A stretch of DNA of 32,148 bases, taken from a virus (Duplodnaviria; Caudoviricetes). The notes beneath the pieces were generated by a model. The model did no database searches, was not told where the DNA came from, and saw only the letters and a list, made by a program, of their open reading frames with translations. Numbering within the stretch: position 1 is the first letter of the stretch; every line of letters starts with the position of its first letter. Positions 27,098-32,148 of the stretch are shown here, one piece after another. Location of the stretch: positions 1-32,148 of the IMG/VR virus record IMGVR_UViG_3300032280_000307. The stretch is one strand, 5' to 3'. A program made the position numbers and the translations under genes.

Positions 27098-27598
27098 ATG
27101 CGAATATTAACACTTGACAATACACTTTTTGACCTTGACCATCTTCCAGAAGAAGTTGAAGACATGAGGTTTGCTATATTTGACAACAGCGATCCCAAGG
27201 ATCCTGACTATCATTATATTCCGCTTATTTTCTTAGAAAGCTTCAATGCGCCTGCACTGGTACTGCAAATTGGTGAACATAAAATACGCATGCCCATGGA
27301 CTGGCAGATACTGATTGGTGAACCCGAAGTAGGCGACCTTGAAGTACTGCCCTTGACCAGTATCAACGATCGTGGGTTTAAGGTATTCCAGTTCAACCCA
27401 CTCAGCAGTTTCCGTCCCAGTTTTCCCACCATTGAAATTGTAGATGTGTACCACGAAGTGGCCTGGTACGCACCGCGATTAAAGAACGGACAGATGTTGT
27501 GTGTTCCTATCTCCGACGGCCCCAAGCCCGACTGTGTTTACTTTGTAAAAGATATCAGTCGCAACTGTGAAATTGTAGACTATGACAAGGCCTGGTAA
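27098..27598 (+). CDS. Hypothetical protein (beta-rich)
   Basis: 166-aa ORF with its own promoter and a TAATG overlap to the next gene. Confidence 0.75.
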   Translation: MRILTLDNTLFDLDHLPEEVEDMRFAIFDNSDPKDPDYHYIPLIFLESFNAPALVLQIGEHKIRMPMDWQILIGEPEVGDLEVLPLTSINDRGFKVFQFNPLSSFRPSFPTIEIVDVYHEVAWYAPRLKNGQMLCVPISDGPKPDCVYFVKDISRNCEIVDYDKAW

Positions 27599-28047
27599 TG
27601 AGTGACAAGTTAAACATTGCCAACGAAATGCGACAGTTTGATCGCAAGAATCGTGACTTTTACAATGAACTAACAGATGAAGAACGCAAAAAGTTTTCAA
27701 ACTTTTTAATGTTGCGCTGGGGTAGTGCAGTAGAAGGCAGTCGAGAACTACAGGAGTTTTATGTTATTGCACTTAACGAACGCTTCAACAAACACTTCTT
27801 TACTCTGAGCAAACATCCGGGACTACAGTGGTTATGTGCCACAACAGTAAGTCCTGACATGGGCACACCAAAGCATACCTGGATTGCTCCTAAGAAAAAA
27901 GAACCTGGTGCCAGCGGTATACGCAAGCAGTTGGCCGAACTATACCCGCATCTCAAAGACGATGACATTGCAGTGCTGGCATCAATTACTACTAAAAAAG
28001 AAATTGATGAGCATTTGAAGTTATCTGGACAAGACACTAAAAAATGA
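27598..28047 (+). CDS. Probable clamp-loader small subunit (T4 gp62-like)
   Basis: Size, replication context and pattern KKFSNFLMLRWGS...NE...H..LQW...HTWI.PKKK. Recalled similarity, not a search. Confidence 0.5.
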   Translation: MSDKLNIANEMRQFDRKNRDFYNELTDEERKKFSNFLMLRWGSAVEGSRELQEFYVIALNERFNKHFFTLSKHPGLQWLCATTVSPDMGTPKHTWIAPKKKEPGASGIRKQLAELYPHLKDDDIAVLASITTKKEIDEHLKLSGQDTKK

Positions 28048-28718
28048 CCTACACCTGTCAGTACTGTAAGAAAGACTTTGTAAAAGAAACAAGTCTCACT
28101 GTGCATAGCTGTGAACCACGGCGTCGCAGACAGGAACGAGCAGAGCGTGGAGTAGAGTTAGGTTTTCAAGCCTACATTAAGTTTTATGAAATGACACAGG
28201 GCAGTGCCAAGCTAAAAACATTTGATGACTTTGCCGATTCACCGTACTATCGAGCATTTGTAAAGTTTGGTAGATATTGTGTGGCCATACGTGCTATCAA
28301 CCCTGCACGTTTCATGGAATGGGTTCTCAAGCAAAACAAAAAGATTGATCATTGGTGTCGTGACGCAGTTTACACCGAATATCTGATATACTATTTGCAA
28401 GTAGAGAACATTAACGATGCACTGGCCCGTGCAATGGAATACAGTATCGACTGGGCAGAGAAAACAGGTAATCCTGCGCAAGATTGCCTGCGTTATGGCG
28501 GCACCAACGCAACTGTGTATGCAGTGACAACAGGCCGCATTAGTCCCTGGGTGATCTACAATAGTGAATCTGGACAACGTTTTTTAAGCACATTGGATGC
28601 TGGTCAAATTGCTATGGTATGGCCCTACATTGACAGCGATATATGGCAAAAACGGTTTAAGGATTACTCTGCAGACCAAGAGTACGCTAAAGAAATACTA
28701 ACACAGGCAGGATGGTGA
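28044..28718 (+). CDS. Protein with an N-terminal C2H2/C2HC-type zinc finger
   Basis: YTCQYCKKDFVKETSLTVHSC. Confidence 0.7.
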   Translation: MTYTCQYCKKDFVKETSLTVHSCEPRRRRQERAERGVELGFQAYIKFYEMTQGSAKLKTFDDFADSPYYRAFVKFGRYCVAIRAINPARFMEWVLKQNKKIDHWCRDAVYTEYLIYYLQVENINDALARAMEYSIDWAEKTGNPAQDCLRYGGTNATVYAVTTGRISPWVIYNSESGQRFLSTLDAGQIAMVWPYIDSDIWQKRFKDYSADQEYAKEILTQAGW

Positions 28719-28719
28719 C

Positions 28720-29070
28720 ATGATCAAAGGAATAATACCTGGTGTAGGACTAACAACCAGTGGCAGCGGTACTATGCAGCCGTACATAAGCCCGGGCTCT
28801 CAGAGTGCCGGAATGCTACGTTACAATTCAAGTTCGAGTAACATAGAAGTATACGATGGCGTCACTTGGCTGACATTGTCCAGCGGACAGACTCAGGTGA
28901 GTCTTGACGGCCCAACGCAGGAAGCGGTTCAGTGGGTTCGTCGTCGAATGGAAAAAGAAAAACGCCTAGAAGAGTTGGCTAATCGGCATCCTGCTGTGGC
29001 TGATGCTGTGGCCGCAGTGACACATGCACAAGAACAATTGGATATTGTCACAACCCTGGTGCAACGATGA
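28720..29070 (+). CDS. Hypothetical protein
   Basis: GMLRYN....IEVYDG..W module followed by a helical C-terminus. Confidence 0.7.
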   Translation: MIKGIIPGVGLTTSGSGTMQPYISPGSQSAGMLRYNSSSSNIEVYDGVTWLTLSSGQTQVSLDGPTQEAVQWVRRRMEKEKRLEELANRHPAVADAVAAVTHAQEQLDIVTTLVQR

Positions 29071-29984
29071 TACACATAGACTTTCAAGGCGGTGCACACG
29101 GAAACTTCTTAGAATTTGTGTGTAACGTCATGGCCGGTGTTGAAACAGTTGGTGATCCGTTTAATGCCGCTGGAGCATCACACAACAAACAATATCTAAC
29201 ACCACGAGTATTTTATGCAGGCCATCATTCTTTTGATTTGGTTCCATTACGATATAATCGTGTGATTGCAGTAAAAATGCAAGCTGATGATCTATTGCAG
29301 TTGAGTCAGATTAGTTTATTACGAGCCGGGGACTACGGTTATAACAACGATGAATTAGAAGTCGATACTTACCACAAATTCAGCAATAAAAACTATCAAT
29401 GGGTACTAGATAACATTTTAAATTCATTCTTTGCTAATCAAATAAAAAATAGCTATGATAGAGTAAAAGATCCTGCGTGGCCCGACATTACCACTCTGGA
29501 GGATTTTCAGCATCTGCCAGCCCACATACGTCAAGAATGTATTGAAGTTCATAACTTAGAATTATTAGAACTCAGCTTTGCCAATCCCAACTGTCCGAGA
29601 CACATACTCAGAGAGTTTTTTCAACTTGGTTTTGAGGATCCAGTTAACTCAGGATTTATGACACAACAACAATTGATGAGATACGATGAATGCATTGATG
29701 TGTACGAGTTTCCGTATGGTGCCTTTTACGACAAACACCAGTTCTTGGATCAGCTCAATCAGATTGCAACATGGGCAGGAATAAAGTATACTACACAACA
29801 GAGAGCGGAACAGTTGCATACTGTGTTTTTAGAAAAACAACCGTACAAAGATTCAAAAAACAAATGTGATCAAATTGTTCAGCAAATAATTAGCGACCCG
29901 GGATATATGCCTGAATTAACTTTATTAGAAGAAGCATATGTGAATGCTATGCTTAGAAAAGACGGACATGAGTGCAGATATTGA
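29067..29984 (+). CDS. Hypothetical protein, paralog of 24161-24994
   Basis: IDFQGGAHGNF, PRHILREF, C..IV..I...LLEEAYV...LR, plus an inserted YDRVKDPAWPD..EDF..LP.HI..EC module. Confidence 0.6.
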   Translation: MIHIDFQGGAHGNFLEFVCNVMAGVETVGDPFNAAGASHNKQYLTPRVFYAGHHSFDLVPLRYNRVIAVKMQADDLLQLSQISLLRAGDYGYNNDELEVDTYHKFSNKNYQWVLDNILNSFFANQIKNSYDRVKDPAWPDITTLEDFQHLPAHIRQECIEVHNLELLELSFANPNCPRHILREFFQLGFEDPVNSGFMTQQQLMRYDECIDVYEFPYGAFYDKHQFLDQLNQIATWAGIKYTTQQRAEQLHTVFLEKQPYKDSKNKCDQIVQQIISDPGYMPELTLLEEAYVNAMLRKDGHECRY

Positions 29985-30546
29985 TATTGATTTTGCAGAT
30001 CGCAATCAACTGCTGGAATTGATCCGGCATACTCCCGCACGACAAACGGTACAAGGTCAAGTGCGTCGTCACAACTCGGGTGTGTATGTGACAGATATTC
30101 CAACAGACCCTGTCAATCGGTGTGCGGCCATTGATTATGAAACCGCAGAACAGTTGGGCTATTTTAAAATTGACTTTTTAAACATGAGTGTGTATCAGTT
30201 GATTACCAGTCCGGAGCACTATGCTCAAGCAGTGGCTACAGAACCAGACTGGAGTCGGTTATGGCAAGAACCCGAGTGGGCAAAACAACTAGCCCACGTT
30301 GGCAATTACACAGACTTGCTGAGAGCAATGCGGCCAGACAGTATTCCGCGTATGGCAGCATTTATCAGTATCATTCGTCCGGGCAAGGCACACTTGCAAC
30401 GACAACCCTGGAACGTGGTGTTTGACTCTGTCTGGGACGGCGACGAAAGTAGAGGCTACACATTTAAGAAAAGCCACGCAATTTCTTACGCAGCCTTGGT
30501 AGCATTACATATGAACCTGCTCAGTCCATCCGTCGCACCAGTGTAA
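29968..30546 (+). CDS. Miniature DNA polymerase III alpha (DnaE)-like catalytic core
   Basis: ADIDIDF, RHNSGVYV, GYFKIDFL, IIRPG and GYTFKKSHAISYA, matching DnaE PDxDxD, HAxG, KxDxL, RPG and YxFNKSHAxxY. Confidence 0.85.
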   Translation: MSADIDIDFADRNQLLELIRHTPARQTVQGQVRRHNSGVYVTDIPTDPVNRCAAIDYETAEQLGYFKIDFLNMSVYQLITSPEHYAQAVATEPDWSRLWQEPEWAKQLAHVGNYTDLLRAMRPDSIPRMAAFISIIRPGKAHLQRQPWNVVFDSVWDGDESRGYTFKKSHAISYAALVALHMNLLSPSVAPV

Positions 30547-30898
30547 TACTCTTGCGTTTGCCTTTTTTCAGTGCAATGTCAGCCAGACTGCACACAGGCC
30601 CGTGTAAGATTTCAAGATCTTTGTTGGCAAATGTACGTAGGCAAGGCCTAAATACGTCCCAGTCTTTCTTCAGGAAGATGTTGATGGGAATACTCCTATT
30701 GCTTTCCCACCACCAGGTGTTGGCCAACTCTAGGAATCTTTGCTTTAACACAGGTTCGTGTATGCTGCCAAAGTCGTATATGGTGGTAACAGTGGCGTCT
30801 TGATTCTGCACGATTCCCACATACTCCGTTGAAGCATAAATGCAGAGTGTGATAAAGGGATATTGTTCGCTGAGTTTAGTAAAGATATCATTGGCCAT
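30521..30898 (-). CDS. Hypothetical protein
   Basis: WWWESNRSIPINIFL and a basic C-terminus. Preceded by TATAAATA on the minus strand. Confidence 0.75.
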   Translation of the reverse strand: MANDIFTKLSEQYPFITLCIYASTEYVGIVQNQDATVTTIYDFGSIHEPVLKQRFLELANTWWWESNRSIPINIFLKKDWDVFRPCLRTFANKDLEILHGPVCSLADIALKKGKRKSITLVRRMD

Positions 30899-30904
30899 CG
30901 GAGG

Positions 30905-30959
30905 TATTTATACCATGCAATTTTGGCTAAATTTAAAGGTTGTCATTTGTCGCTAAATA
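30905..30959. promoter_or_regulatory. Divergent late-type promoters
   Basis: TATAAATA on - (30905-30912), 6 nt from ATG 30898. TAAATA on + (30954-30959), 7 nt from ATG 30967. Confidence 0.65.
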
Positions 30960-30966
30960 CAGCTAT

Positions 30967-32076
30967 ATGTATTCAACCACTGCTTACCTTTACCAACAAG
31001 TAACTAGAGTTATTGTAGTCGACACCAGTGGTGCTTATTTCAATCTGAGGTACAATCCTGTGTATGCTAAAAAACTAACCGTCAACAAAGGTGTTGATAA
31101 TGTAATCCTGTTTGAGTTCATCAACCAAGACGAAAAACCTGTAAACATCACCGGCAGCACACTGACATTTAGAATGGTCAGCCAGAACGGTGATGCGCTG
31201 TTGGTTCAAAAAGAAATGGTTGTTATCAATGCACAGTATGGTCGTGCCAAAGTAACACTGACCACAGCAGAACTTGACACAGTGTTGGCTCAGCCTGCTG
31301 CCTACAGCATCATGCGAGCCAGTGGCAACCTAATAGAAGCAGTGTACACAGATGCACAATCAGGTGCTCGTGCTCCGCTCGATGTGGTGGATAGTGTATA
31401 TCCGGCTTATGTGCCCAGTGCTAATCTAACAATTCCCACCACAGATATCACAGCACAAAACAGCTATGGCGGATCAAGCAGTACAGTATATCCAGACTGG
31501 GCAATAAACGCCGGCAGTCCAATCAACAACTACAGCCCTTACCAGCCAACTGAATTTTTCAGCAGTTTCATTGAACCAGTTGGCGCTGTCACAACAATAC
31601 AGATGGACCTGATTGGCTACACAGGAACCATCAAGGCCCAGGCCGCAGAAAACTATCAAAGCATCTGGTACAATGTAACACCATCTACACAGTATCTAAA
31701 CAGAACTGAAACCATTTACATGAACGTAATTGGGTGGCATCCAATACTGCGTTTGTGTTTTAACAACAGCATATACACCACAGGTACAAATGGCCAGGCC
31801 ATGGGCAATCCGGGACAGGCCACTGCCACTGTGGCCAATGGCATTGTCACAGGTGTGACTGTTTCTAACCCAGGGTTTGGGTATTTGGCTCCGCCATTGA
31901 TTGAGTTTGTGGGCGAAGGTGCTGGAGCAGCCGCCACTGCCAGTATTGCCGGTGGATCACTTAGTGGCATCACCTTGGTCGCAGGTGGATCTGGATACCG
32001 TCCTATTCCTCCTACCATGCTGTCAGTGCAGGTGATTGTTTCCACCGGACATGTGGTAAACTTAAAATATCGTTAA
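30967..32076 (+). CDS. Probable virion structural protein (baseplate/tail-associated)
   Basis: Beta-rich, with C-terminal repeats ATATVANGIVTGVTVSNPGFGY / ATASIAGGSLSGITLVAGGSGY typical of large-myovirus structural proteins. Late-type promoter. Start set to ATG 30967. Confidence 0.65.
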   Translation: MYSTTAYLYQQVTRVIVVDTSGAYFNLRYNPVYAKKLTVNKGVDNVILFEFINQDEKPVNITGSTLTFRMVSQNGDALLVQKEMVVINAQYGRAKVTLTTAELDTVLAQPAAYSIMRASGNLIEAVYTDAQSGARAPLDVVDSVYPAYVPSANLTIPTTDITAQNSYGGSSSTVYPDWAINAGSPINNYSPYQPTEFFSSFIEPVGAVTTIQMDLIGYTGTIKAQAAENYQSIWYNVTPSTQYLNRTETIYMNVIGWHPILRLCFNNSIYTTGTNGQAMGNPGQATATVANGIVTGVTVSNPGFGYLAPPLIEFVGEGAGAAATASIAGGSLSGITLVAGGSGYRPIPPTMLSVQVIVSTGHVVNLKYR

Positions 32077-32087
32077 GCCAAAATAAG

Positions 32088-32116
32088 TTGCGTTGTTCCA
32101 TAAAACATGTTACAAT
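32088..32116 (+). promoter_or_regulatory. sigma70-type promoter, probably giving a leaderless mRNA
   Basis: TTGCGT-17 bp-TACAAT (TG-extended), 6 nt before ATG 32123. Confidence 0.65.
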
Positions 32117-32122
32117 AGTAGC

Positions 32123-32148
32123 ATGATTGATGTGTTAGCATTTTTACC
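32123..32148 (+). CDS. Start of a gene running off the window (MIDVLAFL...)
   Basis: ATG at the same promoter spacing as at 24161 and 27098. Only 8 codons are visible. Confidence 0.5.

Noticed and set aside
29968-30546. dnaE pseudogene
   Set aside because: The frame is uninterrupted, and all catalytic motifs are kept while the sequence between them is shortened, which fits selection better than decay.
8160-30966. Upstream starts given in the ORF track (8160, 13451, 19981, 23523, 23666, 29944, 30940)
   Set aside because: They overlap neighbouring genes or promoters. Downstream ATGs fit the SD or promoter spacing better.
1-32148. Stop-codon reassignment, introns or inteins in terL/uvsX/uvsW, tRNA genes
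   Set aside because: Genes tile densely in the standard code using TAA, TAG and TGA stops. Core proteins have normal lengths. No cloverleaf or T-loop signature was noticed in the short intergenic gaps.

Overview
A 32 kb segment of a large lytic dsDNA phage distantly related to T4. The core genes are terminase large subunit, gp32-like SSB, UvsX, UvsY, UvsW, a probable clamp-loader small subunit and an AAA+ ATPase. They are interleaved with accessory enzyme genes: two radical SAM, three SGNH-like, an adenylate-forming enzyme with DUF6356, and two paralogous unknowns. An ~9 kb glycosyltransferase/methyltransferase/pyruvyltransferase island sits at 11.9-20.8 kb, and a run of four repeated sigma70 promoter/RBS cassettes at 21.4-22.4 kb. 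Most notable: (1) a structured non-coding element at 24,042-24,127 whose unpaired parts are exact reverse complements of the ribosome-binding sites of all four cassette genes, a candidate anti-RBS regulatory RNA; (2) many apparently leaderless genes behind both sigma70-type and TAAATA-type promoters; (3) a 192-aa mini-DnaE that keeps all three catalytic aspartates; (4) an acyl-CoA-ligase-like cassette bounded by a 24-bp duplication of a gene start. No tRNA, rRNA, CRISPR array or integrase was seen. All product calls come from motif recognition by eye, not database searches.
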